Below, piece by piece: positions 27,033-38,200 of a DNA stretch of 64,000 nucleotides; position 1 is the stretch's first letter; each line of letters starts with the position of its first letter. This DNA is from a virus (lineage: Duplodnaviria; Heunggongvirae; Uroviricota; Caudoviricetes). The notes beneath the pieces are model-generated. The model ran no database searches and was not told where the DNA came from. It saw only the letters and a list, made by a program, of their open reading frames with translations. Both the position numbers and the translations under genes were made by a program. The DNA lies in IMG/VR virus record IMGVR_UViG_3300011008_000003. The stretch is one strand, 5' to 3'.

Positions 27033-28127
27033 TTAAAGGGTTTCAATCAGTTTGAACGCAGCTTCTATCGTGTCGTCCATGTCGAAATACTTGTAATTTC
27101 CAAGTCTTCCAACAAATCTGGTCTTCTCGTTCGGGATAGCCTTATATTTTTCATATAATGTGTTGTTCTTCTCGTTATTGACCGGATAATAAGGAACGTC
27201 TCCCTTCTTCCATTCAGAACTGTATTCCTTACTGATAATAGTCTTATCAGAACCCATATTATTAAACCACTTATGTTCAATGATTCTTGTATATGGTTCC
27301 TCGTCAGAAGTATAGTTGACGACCGCATTTCCCTGATAGTTCTCCTTGTCAAGAACTTCGGTCTCGAACCTCACGGAACGGTATTCCAACGGACCGTAGC
27401 AATAGTCATAATACTCGTCGATACAGCCGGAATAGAACACATGGTCAGCCATCGATTCCCACTTTTCCTTGTCCTTCAGGAAATCAGTATTCAAAAGAAT
27501 ATCAGCGCCTTCAAACATTCTCTTAATGAGTTTTGTATAACCTTCTACAGGAATACCTTGATATGTATCATTAAAATAATTATTGTCATATGTAAATCTT
27601 AAAGGAAGTCTTTTGATGATTTCAGGCGGAAGATCCTTAGGATCTCTCTGCCACTGCTTCAACGTATAGCCCTTGATTAAGGTCTCGTACATGGTCTTTC
27701 CGACCATGTTGATAGCCTGTTCCTCGAGGTTCTTCGGATTATCCACATGATACTGTTCCGATTCTTCCCTAATCTTATTCTGCGCCTCTTCCGGGGTCAC
27801 GACACCGTAAAGCTGATGGAACGTGTTCATGTTGAACGGAAGATTGTAGATTTTACCTTTGTAATTAGCTATCGTATTCAACTGGAACGTGTTGAACTCG
27901 CCGAATTGATTTACAAAATTCCAGATTTTTTTATTGGATGTATGAAAAATGTGCGGGCCTCTGCAGTGAATATCAATATTTTCTCTTCTTTCAGTATAGC
28001 AATTACCTGCAATATGGGGGCGTTTTTCGATAACTAATACTGACTTACCTGCTTTGATAAAATGATACGCCAACGTAGCGTTAAATAAGCCAGCACCAAC
28101 CAAAAGTATATTGTAATGTTCTTTCAT
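27033..28127 (-). CDS. glf: UDP-galactopyranose mutase
   Basis: VGAGL FAD motif, IAGNCY, GPHIFHT, LPFNMNTF, YQGIP, RIIEHK, PYYP, GRLGNYKYFDMD. Confidence 0.95.
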   Translation of the reverse strand: MKEHYNILLVGAGLFNATLAYHFIKAGKSVLVIEKRPHIAGNCYTERRENIDIHCRGPHIFHTSNKKIWNFVNQFGEFNTFQLNTIANYKGKIYNLPFNMNTFHQLYGVVTPEEAQNKIREESEQYHVDNPKNLEEQAINMVGKTMYETLIKGYTLKQWQRDPKDLPPEIIKRLPLRFTYDNNYFNDTYQGIPVEGYTKLIKRMFEGADILLNTDFLKDKEKWESMADHVFYSGCIDEYYDYCYGPLEYRSVRFETEVLDKENYQGNAVVNYTSDEEPYTRIIEHKWFNNMGSDKTIISKEYSSEWKKGDVPYYPVNNEKNNTLYEKYKAIPNEKTRFVGRLGNYKYFDMDDTIEAAFKLIETL

Positions 28128-28157
28128 TTATTCACCTTTGTAATAAAAACTTTACAT

Positions 28158-28203
28158 TATTTATAAATAATATATGGTGTTAGTAACGGTAATTACTAAC
28201 ACC
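28158..28203. promoter_or_regulatory. Overlapping divergent late promoters plus hairpin
   Basis: Palindromic TTATTTATAAATAA, then GGTGTTAGTAA-CGGTAA-TTACTAACACC. Confidence 0.65.
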
Positions 28204-28227
28204 TACCAAACACAATGAGGTAGCATT

Positions 28228-29259
28228 ATGTCTGATACATTATATATAAAACCAGATAAAGAAAAAACGTATTCTGTTAATTCCGAAGAAGAATTAAATT
28301 ATTATAAATCCCTAAGACCTATTAGACTTTGGTCACGAACACATTTTAAATGTAAATGTAGTAAGTGCCATGAAGATAAAGACATTTTATTATTAAATTT
28401 GAAATTTCCATTTATTTGCTTTAAATGTAAAGCAAAAATAGTTGGCAATAAAGAATCTACAAAAGAACGCCGTAAAGCTACATGTTTAGCTAAATATGGT
28501 GTTGAAAATACATTTCAATCAGAAGAAAAGAAAGCTAAAATACATCAAACTTGTATGGAACGCTATGGCTATGAATGTGCATCACAAGTTCCAGAATTTA
28601 TAGAAAAACAAAAGAAAACTAATATAGAACGTTATGGTGTTCCTTGTACATTAAATACTAAAGAAAATCTTATTAAACGCAAAGAAACTTGGATAGAACA
28701 TTATGGTGTTGATAACCCTAATAAATCTGATATAATAAAAGCAAAAACAATAAAAACTAATTTAGAAAAATATGGTGTTACAAACCATATGAAAACTGAA
28801 GAATCTAAATTAAAATCAATGCAAACTAAACTAGAAAAATATGGAGATGCATTCTATTCTGGATTTGTAATTTATTATTATAACAATATCTTTTTTAGAT
28901 CTAAACCTGAATTATGTTTCTACATTTATAATAAGGATCAGGGAAAAGATATAATTTATGAACCACAACCATATTTTAAATATCAATGCGAAGATAAAGA
29001 ATATTATTATAAACCCGATTTCTTATTAGAAAATAAATTATATGAAATTAAAGGCGATTATTTCTTTGACGATGCTGATAATCTCATAAATCCATATGAT
29101 AGGTCATTAGACAATGTTGCTAAAGCTAAACAATTATGCATGGAAGAACATAATGTTACTGTTTTAAAAAGCAATAAATATATGTTCTATGTCGACTATG
29201 TTAAAGAAAAATATGGAACTGATTATATAGAAACTTTTAGATATAAAAAAGAGGATTAA
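28228..29259 (+). mobile_element. Putative free-standing homing endonuclease (KYGV repeats + PD-(D/E)xK nuclease)
   Basis: N-terminal CxxC pairs, about 6 T.LEKYGV.N-type repeats, C-terminal FRSK.E...Y.PDF....YEIKG; opposite strand, very AT-rich. Confidence 0.7.
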
Positions 29260-29272
29260 TATCCTCTTTTTA
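29245..29272. terminator. Bidirectional terminator
   Basis: AAAAAGAGGAT-TAAT-ATCCTCTTTTT between convergent genes. Confidence 0.7.
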
Positions 29273-29827
29273 ATTATTTGGTAAACCACTCCATATTATA
29301 CCATCATTGTTATTTGCAATAATTGTTTGACATACTGTTGTTTCATTCATATCATTTGATATATTATTAAGCATTTGTTCAATTTCATTTAAAAATGGTT
29401 CTGCAATAATCATCAATTTATTATCAATTATAGTTAAATGATTATTTATATTTTGGCCATCTTTTAAATGAGAAATTAATAATTCTTTACCTACAATATT
29501 ACGATGAATAAAATTACATCGTAATGTGGCATATAAAAATTCACCGATTGTATTTATTTGATTTGGCTCCGGTCGTATATGTAAATTTCTATTATATATT
29601 GAAATTATATTTGATTCAATATTTTGATATTTAATATTTTGCGGTTTTAAATAAACATTAATTAAATTTTTAAATTTTTCATTATCATGTCCAGTTTGAT
29701 ATAAATCTGCTGACATTGAACCTAATAATGCAGAAATTATTGTGAATGTTTGTGGAGAACCAATAATAGCAATTTTTCGACAATCATTAATTATTGATAT
29801 GTATTTATTATAATACTGGTGATTCAT
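29270..29827 (-). CDS. Helical protein with HEPN-like Rx4H motif (leaderless)
   Basis: FLYATLRCNFIH; ATG 7 nt after TATATT of element 29835-29868. Confidence 0.45.
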   Translation of the reverse strand: MNHQYYNKYISIINDCRKIAIIGSPQTFTIISALLGSMSADLYQTGHDNEKFKNLINVYLKPQNIKYQNIESNIISIYNRNLHIRPEPNQINTIGEFLYATLRCNFIHRNIVGKELLISHLKDGQNINNHLTIIDNKLMIIAEPFLNEIEQMLNNISNDMNETTVCQTIIANNNDGIIWSGLPNN

Positions 29828-29834
29828 AATATTT

Positions 29835-29868
29835 AATATAGTAAAAAGACTGACATTTGTCAGCCTTT
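29835..29868 (-). promoter_or_regulatory. Fused terminator / early promoter (variant)
   Basis: AAAGGCTGAC-AAAT-GTCAGTCTTTTTAC-TATATT; CTGACA-17-TATATT. Confidence 0.75.
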
Positions 29869-29876
29869 ATTTTAAG

Positions 29877-30725
29877 TTATATTATCATTTCACATATATC
29901 ACTACAATAAACCGGTTTTTTTGTAATTTCATTTATTATTCTTGCTTCATTATAATTAGATTCTATAAAAATTAATGCATCACTTTGCTTATAAAAATTA
30001 GCTTTATATTTTGCAGGATTTATTTTTCTACGTTCTTCATGATTTTTTGCAGGACACATAATTAATTTTTCATATTCTATATTATGTTCTTTTAACCAAT
30101 TTTCAGTAATTTTTCTATATTTTTCTAGTCGACCTGTTACTATATATTTTAACTTTTTATCTGGTACAAATTTTTGCTTAGATTGTTTTATAAAATTAAT
30201 ATATTTTTCGCCATCATCATCTATGCCTTTTGGAACATCTTCGCATAAAAATCCATCCATATCTATACAACCTCTATTTATACCACGTTTTAAAATATTC
30301 CATGGTAAAAATTGGTCTTTAAAAATTTGAAAATAAATATCAACTTTATTAACAGAATATGGTTCTACAAAAATTACACAAGTTGTAATTTTAACTTCTT
30401 TGTTATTTTCTATAATTTTTTGTTTTGCTGTATTCATTGTTTCACCTAAACCCATTGCATCATCAAACAATAAAATATGTTTTACATTTATAGGGTAATC
30501 TGGTGATAATGATGCTTTTCTTAATTTAATAGATTCAGTATTATTTAAAAAATCAAATAATGAAACTACAGGTTTTCTAAGATATTCGCCAAGAATTGTT
30601 CCAAATATATAACCACTTCTTGGAATACATACAATTAAATCTATATCTGATGGTATTTTAATTAATGAATTAAAACATAATGCATTTATATAATTTAAAT
30701 CTTTATAATTTCTAAAATCTAACAT
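29877..30725 (-). CDS. Phosphoribosyltransferase-HAD phosphatase fusion
   Basis: CIPRSG, LLFDDAMGLGET (PRPP loop); DMDG, VTGR, K, FIES. Confidence 0.75.
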   Translation of the reverse strand: MLDFRNYKDLNYINALCFNSLIKIPSDIDLIVCIPRSGYIFGTILGEYLRKPVVSLFDFLNNTESIKLRKASLSPDYPINVKHILLFDDAMGLGETMNTAKQKIIENNKEVKITTCVIFVEPYSVNKVDIYFQIFKDQFLPWNILKRGINRGCIDMDGFLCEDVPKGIDDDGEKYINFIKQSKQKFVPDKKLKYIVTGRLEKYRKITENWLKEHNIEYEKLIMCPAKNHEERRKINPAKYKANFYKQSDALIFIESNYNEARIINEITKKPVYCSDICEMII

Positions 30726-30727
30726 TA

Positions 30728-31558
30728 TTAACCTAACATTTTTTTAATTTCATCGATTGATAATTTATCCCATTCATCTGTTTTATATTCTGGAAATATT
30801 TTTTTCCATTTTTCCATTAAATGTGGAAATAATCGTAATACAATATAAAATTGTAAATTTTTCCACCATACACCATTGATATTTTTACCAGCAGCATTTA
30901 ATCCTGTACTATTCATACTATCATCACATGCATATTTATCAAGGTGTAAACAGCCCGATTCAATATCATTATATCTATACCATGGTTGTAACCAACTTTC
31001 ATCACATTTTGGGCAGTATTTTAAACGTAGTTCTAAATATTTTGGATTTAATGCTTCTAATGGAAATGTATCTGGCGGTATTACACTATTTCCGGAAATT
31101 TTCATACGAATAGAATGATCAGGTAATTTTAATTGTTTATAATGACGATATTTAAAATTTATACCTTTATCTGGAACTAAATAATTTACTAAAGACTCAA
31201 AAACAGCATATATCCTTTTTGACGTAGTTACTGTTTTCATTCGTTCTACTAATTTTATGTCATAAAAATTATCTTCATCTATTGCTACTACATAATCATG
31301 ATAATGTTTTGGATAAACATTCCAACGTTTTGTACAACCATCGTCATAATCTACCCATGAAATAATTACATTATTTGCTTTACATACTAATAACAAATCT
31401 TCAGGTAAATCTTTTTCTTTATTCGGAAAATTTACAGTTGATAACCAAAGATAAAAATAATCCGGCTTAACTGTTTGTGTTTTAAAAAATTTATATAAAA
31501 ATTTACCGACTTCTTTTATTCTTTTTGGGTATGATGTCATAGTAACTACGGTTTTCAT
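30728..31558 (-). CDS. GT-A-fold glycosyltransferase-like protein
   Basis: VTMTSYPKRI, QTVKPD..YLWLS, AIDEDNFY (DxD), CDESW. Confidence 0.7.
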   Translation of the reverse strand: MKTVVTMTSYPKRIKEVGKFLYKFFKTQTVKPDYFYLWLSTVNFPNKEKDLPEDLLLVCKANNVIISWVDYDDGCTKRWNVYPKHYHDYVVAIDEDNFYDIKLVERMKTVTTSKRIYAVFESLVNYLVPDKGINFKYRHYKQLKLPDHSIRMKISGNSVIPPDTFPLEALNPKYLELRLKYCPKCDESWLQPWYRYNDIESGCLHLDKYACDDSMNSTGLNAAGKNINGVWWKNLQFYIVLRLFPHLMEKWKKIFPEYKTDEWDKLSIDEIKKMLG

Positions 31559-32523
31559 ATTTCAAACTCCGATTTATTTGAAAATTTTATATTAAAAAAT
31601 TCATTTAAATATTTTTTAATAAAATCAAAATTGTCTTGTTTATATAAACAATCATTAATACAAACAAGTTTTTTATTCATTATTAATAACATTATATCTT
31701 TATAGTTATTATTATGCGATTCTATATAAGCAAAATCTTGCAAGTTGGATTCTGTATATGTTCCCAAATTTAATCTAATATATCTATATAACCAATCACT
31801 ATTAACATTATATGATTGCCTAAATTTATCATTAGGCTTATTTAATTTAATTAAATCTGTTTTTAAATCAGTAAAAATTTTTTCCACTTCCGACTTTTTT
31901 GCAGTTATCCCAACATGTACATTTTTATAAATATTAAATTTTTTTGTATACTTTTCGGCTAATTTTAAATCATTATATACAATATTCTGGAAAAAATCTA
32001 ATCGTTGTCGTCCATTTAAAAATTTTATTCCTAATTTATTTAAAAACGCTTCATGTGTTGGATTAGAATTTATTTGGTTAGATTTTATACTAGTATCGAC
32101 CGGTTTATCATTTATAAAAAAATCAGACATTTCTGTTTTATTAGTAATAAACATATCATCGTTTAAATAAATAAAATTTTCTGTTAAATCTTCTAATTTA
32201 TAACAATATGCAAAAAATATATTTGAATTAAATGTTGGTAAATAATTTTCATCAATAAATTCATTATGATAATGAATTTTTATTTTTGGATGATTTATAT
32301 TTAACCAATTAGGTATTTGTGATTTATTATCTAATAATAAATGTATTTTTCTAACCCATTTAGCATTTTCTGCAATACAACGCCACCAATATTTAAATAA
32401 ACCAAAATCTCTAATACGTTCTGGATTTTTATCACCTTTATATAATGAACATGCGGTTTTATATTTTTCAAACCATACATTATCTTCGGGATTTACCCAT
32501 GGTATAACTATATCTATTTCCAT
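31555..32523 (-). CDS. Stealth-family hexose-1-phosphate transferase
   Basis: CR1 IDIVIPWVN; CR2 R..AKWVRKIH..PNWLN..LPTFNS..FIYLNDDMF; CR4 CIND..KSEFE. Confidence 0.85.
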   Translation of the reverse strand: MEIDIVIPWVNPEDNVWFEKYKTACSLYKGDKNPERIRDFGLFKYWWRCIAENAKWVRKIHLLLDNKSQIPNWLNINHPKIKIHYHNEFIDENYLPTFNSNIFFAYCYKLEDLTENFIYLNDDMFITNKTEMSDFFINDKPVDTSIKSNQINSNPTHEAFLNKLGIKFLNGRQRLDFFQNIVYNDLKLAEKYTKKFNIYKNVHVGITAKKSEVEKIFTDLKTDLIKLNKPNDKFRQSYNVNSDWLYRYIRLNLGTYTESNLQDFAYIESHNNNYKDIMLLIMNKKLVCINDCLYKQDNFDFIKKYLNEFFNIKFSNKSEFEI

Positions 32524-32525
32524 AT

Positions 32526-33176
32526 TTACTTACAAAATTTTAATTTTTGAAATTTATATTTTTTATTATGTATTTTAAGCCAAGCTTCAAATAAAAATTC
32601 GGTAAAATAACCTAATATTCTTTTTGGTAATTTACGATTATAATATTTTTCAGCTTCCATATAATTTGTAGTTAAGTCAAATATAAATTCACAATATTCA
32701 TCAATTAATTCTTTTTTACAAATAAACATATTACACATTGCATGATGATCACTATTTAATATTTTCCAGCATTCATTATAATAATTTTCATTAACATATG
32801 CTTTTGCAAATATTAAAAATTTTTTTATATCTGCAAGTTTATTATTTTTAATAAACCAATTTATAACAGGAAAACGTTTACTATATCCAGGAGATTTAAT
32901 ACATAATATATCATATACTTCTAATTCTTTTTTTATTTCATTTTCTGATAATAATCTACCACGATTATTTACAAAATATCTTCTATAATGCTCCAATCCA
33001 ACGATTTCATCGTCAACATGCTTCCATAAGTAATATAAGCCAGTCAATTCACAATACCAAGGATTAAGAAAATCAATATTATCCCCTTCATGTGGCTGAT
33101 CTATAAGGAATTTTTCACGGATATCATCCAAAGGTAAAAATTTATTTTTACTACTTCCAACTACGTATATTTTCAT
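32526..33176 (-). CDS. DUF4422 (GT111-like galactofuranosyltransferase)
   Basis: GDNI..LNPWYCELTGLYYLWK, VGLEHYRRYF, NMFI, RILGYFTE; start corrected to MKIYVVG. Confidence 0.85.
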   Translation of the reverse strand: MKIYVVGSSKNKFLPLDDIREKFLIDQPHEGDNIDFLNPWYCELTGLYYLWKHVDDEIVGLEHYRRYFVNNRGRLLSENEIKKELEVYDILCIKSPGYSKRFPVINWFIKNNKLADIKKFLIFAKAYVNENYYNECWKILNSDHHAMCNMFICKKELIDEYCEFIFDLTTNYMEAEKYYNRKLPKRILGYFTEFLFEAWLKIHNKKYKFQKLKFCK

Positions 33177-33260
33177 TTCACCATCTTCACTAAAATTATT
33201 ATTTTTTATATTTATAATATAGAAAAATCCTTGATTGTTGGTCAAGAATTTATATAATTT

Positions 33261-34100
33261 TTATACATAATTCATTATATCAGTACAGAACACAGGTCGT
33301 TTGGAAATATTTTTAATTATTTGCGCCTCATAAAAATTAGACTCTATAAAACATGTACAATCCGTCTGCATATAGATATACGCCTTGTGCGTGGCAGGAT
33401 TCATCTGCAACCTTTCTGCGTTATTCTTGGCGGGACACATAAACAAATGACTATAAGAAATATTATGCAATTTTAACCAATGTTCAGTCTGCAGACGATA
33501 TTTTTCCAGCCGGCCAGTAACCAGGGCGAATATAGGCGACTGCGGAACATATATCGGTCGTTGATTCATGATAAAGTCGATATATTTGGGACCGTCATCG
33601 TCTATTTCGGCGGGGACTTCTTCCGTAAAAATTCCGTCTATATCGAAACACGAATTATTATGACTCATCTTAAGGATAGAATAAGGAAACAACGGCCATA
33701 CATTTTCCATCAAGAAAATATCTACAATTTTCATGCCGGCACCTTCTGCGAACGGAGCAAATGTCGTAATGAATGCCCTCTCGGTCTTTTGCCTGATTTT
33801 TTCTTTCGCATTTATCAAAGTCTTGCCACTCGAACAAGTATCGTCTACCAGCAAAATATGGTTATAATTTATCGTATGGTTAAATTGCTTGGCCAATGAC
33901 AAATCTGTACCGGGTTCTGTATCGATGTCATTCAAATATTCAAATATAGTACATAGAGGTATATTTCTATATTCTGATATTATCGTACCAATTATCATAC
34001 CGCTTCTGGGTATACAGACAATAAGGTCTATATCTTGTGGAAGCCTATATAAATTTTTAAAAATTAAGTTATTTAAATTATTATAATCACAATATGCCAT
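33261..34100 (-). CDS. Phosphoribosyltransferase-HAD phosphatase fusion (paralog of 29877)
   Basis: DIDLIVCIPRSG, LLVDDTCSSGKT, DIDG, IDDDGPKY, VTGRLEKYR, MCPAKN, FIESN. Confidence 0.75.
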   Translation of the reverse strand: MAYCDYNNLNNLIFKNLYRLPQDIDLIVCIPRSGMIIGTIISEYRNIPLCTIFEYLNDIDTEPGTDLSLAKQFNHTINYNHILLVDDTCSSGKTLINAKEKIRQKTERAFITTFAPFAEGAGMKIVDIFLMENVWPLFPYSILKMSHNNSCFDIDGIFTEEVPAEIDDDGPKYIDFIMNQRPIYVPQSPIFALVTGRLEKYRLQTEHWLKLHNISYSHLFMCPAKNNAERLQMNPATHKAYIYMQTDCTCFIESNFYEAQIIKNISKRPVFCTDIMNYV

Positions 34101-34175
34101 ATATAAAATTTAGCAATTTTTTATTAACACAAAATTAAAAAGATATTTTCTAATTATTTATATTAAAAATAAAAT

Positions 34176-34358
34176 TTACGAATAACCATAGATTTTTACA
34201 GCTCTATTCCCTTGCCAGTCAACAGTTTCTTCAAAACAGTCTAGGTTAAGGTCGTCGGTAAATCTATAATCTGGACTAAGTGTAGGGCTTAGAACTTCAA
34301 TATCGCCATATTTTTCTTGATATTCATTTAATAATTTAATAACATATGAAATTTTCAT
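34176..34358 (-). CDS. Hypothetical protein
   Basis: GAGG SD. Confidence 0.55.
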   Translation of the reverse strand: MKISYVIKLLNEYQEKYGDIEVLSPTLSPDYRFTDDLNLDCFEETVDWQGNRAVKIYGYS

Positions 34359-34367
34359 TTTGAACCT

Positions 34368-34610
34368 CTATGGAATATTTGGTATAGCTGTCCAATATTC
34401 AATATTGCTGATATCCCATGTAGTATCATAATCGACAACACTATAAACTAATTTTTTGCCATCATTATATTTGTCTAATTCTGGATAATATGTTACAATA
34501 TCCCAATTTCCACTAGTCATCTTGATTAAAACCTCTTTATGGTCCATAAACTCAAGATGTTCTGGAATGAACTTAAAAAATGTCATTTCTTTATTGATTA
34601 TATCACTCAT
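34368..34610 (-). CDS. Hypothetical protein
   Basis: Start corrected to MSDII (ATGA overlap); ends IEYWTAIP. Confidence 0.55.
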   Translation of the reverse strand: MSDIINKEMTFFKFIPEHLEFMDHKEVLIKMTSGNWDIVTYYPELDKYNDGKKLVYSVVDYDTTWDISNIEYWTAIPNIP

Positions 34611-34705
34611 GATTTTATAATTATAAGCCAAAAAATTACGATTATTAGGGTAGGAACACCAATAACTATTCCCATTCCTAGTGCAAATTGATTAGGGTCC
34701 AACAT
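34607..34705 (-). CDS. 32-aa single-TM peptide
   Basis: MLDPNQFALGMGIVIGVPTLIIVIFWLIIIKS fills the gap with coupled ends. Confidence 0.55.
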   Translation of the reverse strand: MLDPNQFALGMGIVIGVPTLIIVIFWLIIIKS

Positions 34706-34706
34706 A

Positions 34707-35222
34707 TTAATTTTTCATCTTGATGAGTCTATATTTCTGCTTTACATCTGGATATTTCTCATGGTCAACTTCAGAAAGGAACATTTCTAACGGTCTAGCA
34801 TAAATTCCATCTTCATGATTAGTTTTACCCTTGTTTCCAGAACACTTATAGACAACCAAATCTTCACTTGTTTCAGAATGCTTACAAAGAGTAATGACTT
34901 CTGCTGTCGTGCCTTTAAAGTGCTTCCATTTGCTTCCTGGAGTGACTTTACGGTCCGGTGTTAATACAGATAATAAATCCTCAATCATCTCTGTAAGGTT
35001 ATCAAAAATTAATTTAGGATTACACGGTTGAGATGGAGAACCAACTACAAATTTTTCATTTTTAAAATAAAACAAAATTTCTTTATAAACAGCTAAGCCC
35101 GTATTTAAAACAACACATAAATTACAGACTGCATCTTTCGGAACTGGCTGTGGTGGATTTTTAATTGTATAATAAAAACCTAAGCTATCGAGTGTATCAG
35201 TTAAATATTCTAAATCTGTCAT
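34707..35222 (-). CDS. DUF1653-domain protein
   Basis: WKHFKG..KHSETSEDLVVY..YARPLEMFLSEVDHEKYPDVKQKYR. Confidence 0.8.
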   Translation of the reverse strand: MTDLEYLTDTLDSLGFYYTIKNPPQPVPKDAVCNLCVVLNTGLAVYKEILFYFKNEKFVVGSPSQPCNPKLIFDNLTEMIEDLLSVLTPDRKVTPGSKWKHFKGTTAEVITLCKHSETSEDLVVYKCSGNKGKTNHEDGIYARPLEMFLSEVDHEKYPDVKQKYRLIKMKN

Positions 35223-35223
35223 A

Positions 35224-38200
35224 TTATTTCTTTACTAATTCCTTTGGATCTTTACATAATATTTTACGTTCATTGTAATAATCAACCATTGCATTGATAT
35301 ATTTGAAAAAAGTTTCTTTATCACCTAATGTGCTTTCTTCGATTAAATCATCAGTTCCTATTAAATTATTATGATTGATACCATTTGTTAATTCCATAGT
35401 ATAAACTACGGCATGAATTGGACCTTGATTTTTTGCACTCCATGTAAAAGTATCAAAAAGACCAGCAATAACTCTTTCATCAAATTCGACAAGTATAGAA
35501 AATTTATAGCCAACTGCTTCAAAACCATTATATTTGCAAGCTACATAGTAAACTGGTGTATTGTCAGGTAATGCTTTTTTAGCTCGCCTTTCTATATCAG
35601 CTCTAATCTTTTTATAATCTGCTTCGTTACTTTCTTGTAACAATGCTTTAATTTCTTCTATTGACATATTTTACCCTTCTTTTTCTTTTCACCCTGTCTC
35701 ATAGCCATTCTTACCGAACGGAGTACAGATTCGTCGTTTACGAGTTCCTTGAGGTATTCGTGCAGTTCTTTCTGGTTGCTAATCATCTTTTCAGCCCTAT
35801 TGACCTTAAGAGGCTTAATCAGCACCGGATAGGTTTCGGCATAAGAAAGAGCGGCAAACTTGTTACGGACCGGAGAATTCGTTTTTTCGTTCGTATAGCA
35901 AAATACGAGATAATAATTCTCGTCCATGACTTGCAAGTTATTTCTGAAAAGTACCCTTGCTTCATCATCGATAAGCGGCATAAGGCTTATATGTCCGACA
36001 CCGTTGGTAATTCCGCAAACTTCGTTATTCAAATTATCAAGTTCATCGTCAACCTTATCGGAAGACTCATCCATGAGTTTTTCCAAGTCAAAATAATCGT
36101 CTTTCATTTTTATACCAAATTATTAAATTTTTCTATATTAGAATCTATTTGTTTAAGTTTTTTATTTAAGTCTTCTACAATTTTAATAGCCTTTTTGGCG
36201 GCAGAAACTATAGAAGCAAGATTATCCTGTTCAAAATTTATATGTAAAGGCATTTCTGTATCATAATTAAAATACATACTAATATGGCTATGTGTATCAA
36301 TAATCATTTGTGCTGCACAATATTGATTATCAGGATGAAATCTTATATGCAGACTAAATTCTTGTTTTGTATCGTAATCATAATATTTCCCACCAAGATG
36401 ACATTTCTTTTCTTTAAAACCTAATGCTTTAAGGTCATTTTTAATCTGTTTTAATTCCTGTTTATCATTCATTTTTATACCTTGTTATCCGGAATGAAAT
36501 CAATCTTAATCTGTTTAATCTGTCCGTCAATCTGTCTATCGACCTGAATATCCTTTACAGCGACCAGGTTGATTCCAAGCTGGTTGACAATAAAGCACGA
36601 AATTATATCTTCAGCCTTGTCCTTTTGTTTCGGCGGGTCTAGTTTCTTAACTTCGTCTTCGGTAATATCATCAATATCCATACAAAAATCGTCAGGGTGG
36701 TCTTCGTCAACATAACTTATATAACCGCTGAACTTATAAGTATGTCCGTCAATGAACTTTTCGCAAAGATCGGTTTCAAGAGAACGCATGATAGTATAAT
36801 AATCATAATCGCCGGCCATATTGGTAGAAGCAACATCCCAACGATTATTAATAATAATACTGAGGTCCGTAGCAAATTCGTTAACTTGACCTTCCTTATA
36901 GACTAAAGTAAATTCGTCTTCATAGGAATCAGTAAACTTGAAATCGAACCGTTTTTTGGCGTCGATTACGGCTTGTTCGAGTTCATAGTCTTTGCAGTCT
37001 CTGGCATTATTGAATTCTTTTCCGTCGTCTGCGATATAGACATTTGCTGTTACCAAAACTTGTTTTTTATCTACTCTCATTTTTAACCTTCCTTTACTTT
37101 CGGCCAACTGACCGTGTTTTCTGGATATTTCCAAATATTAGCTGTTTCAGACCTTGACATTACATCGTCAAGACTGTTATGAAATTCTGGGCAATGCTTA
37201 TCATAAGCCGGCGTCCAGTCTATATGCCAGTCGAATCCCATGACATCGCAAACCATAGTACCTGCTTCACGGTTCAACTGCCTACAATAATCACAGTTTT
37301 CACAATTGTCAGCCGGAATGTTATAATCTGGCGCCCGTGTTAAAAGATCAGCAGATTCAACGTCTTTCATCTTTGTCAATCCAAAGGTTTTCAGTTGTTT
37401 CACTTGGAACTGCATGGCAATGCGGCTCTTCTTTCATCTTTTCAGACATATACTTGCCCATATTTCTGATAATATCGGCCATGTCTTGTGCGTTTGGTGT
37501 TTTAGATTCCATTATCTATGTCCCGGATATAAAAAGTCCTGTACCTGCATCCACATTTCCCACATCTTCTCATATTCATAAGAACTACTCAAAATCATCG
37601 GGTTAAACGGTGACATGCAGGAAAATATAGATGTTTCCAAATCTTTCTCGATTTGTTCTAGTTCTAAAAAAGCTTCTTCTCTAGTCATAATTATTAAAAT
37701 AACCCCCATGCCTGGCGTTCTTCTTGTTCTCTTATATTTTGACATTTAGGACATAATTCACCGTCCCAGCCTTCCATAATCTTGTCGACGTTTTTCAAAT
37801 GTTGCTTTTCTTCGTCATTAAGATTATGATACCAATCAGTTGCGGTAATCGGTTCATGGATAACAGAAACAACCTGTTGTCCGCAATAGGTTTTATATTC
37901 TCTGCTATCTACCAAACCGCCGCCTGCACATTGACTAGTCCAGTGAATTTTGCCATCGGCTGTTCTACATAATAATGGTTCTGTCATATTATAAATCCGG
38001 TAATCCTACAAAGTGAATAGCTTTTTGCCTTAATTCATGCGTTTCAGATTCTTTTCTCAAGTCATAAGTTTTGCCGTCATATGTCAACTTGATAACACCG
38101 TCACGATACATTCCCGGATAACGATTCATAATTTCAGCAATCCGTCTATAATCACGAATCATGTTGCTGAAACTATTTGTCGATTCCATATCCGTCTTAT

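Noticed and set aside
27033-34100. Bacterial capsule/O-antigen locus (host contamination or chimeric assembly)
   Set aside because: It lacks wzx/wzy/ABC export genes and carries the same phage early cassette and TATAAATA promoters as the flanks, though a read-coverage check is still advisable
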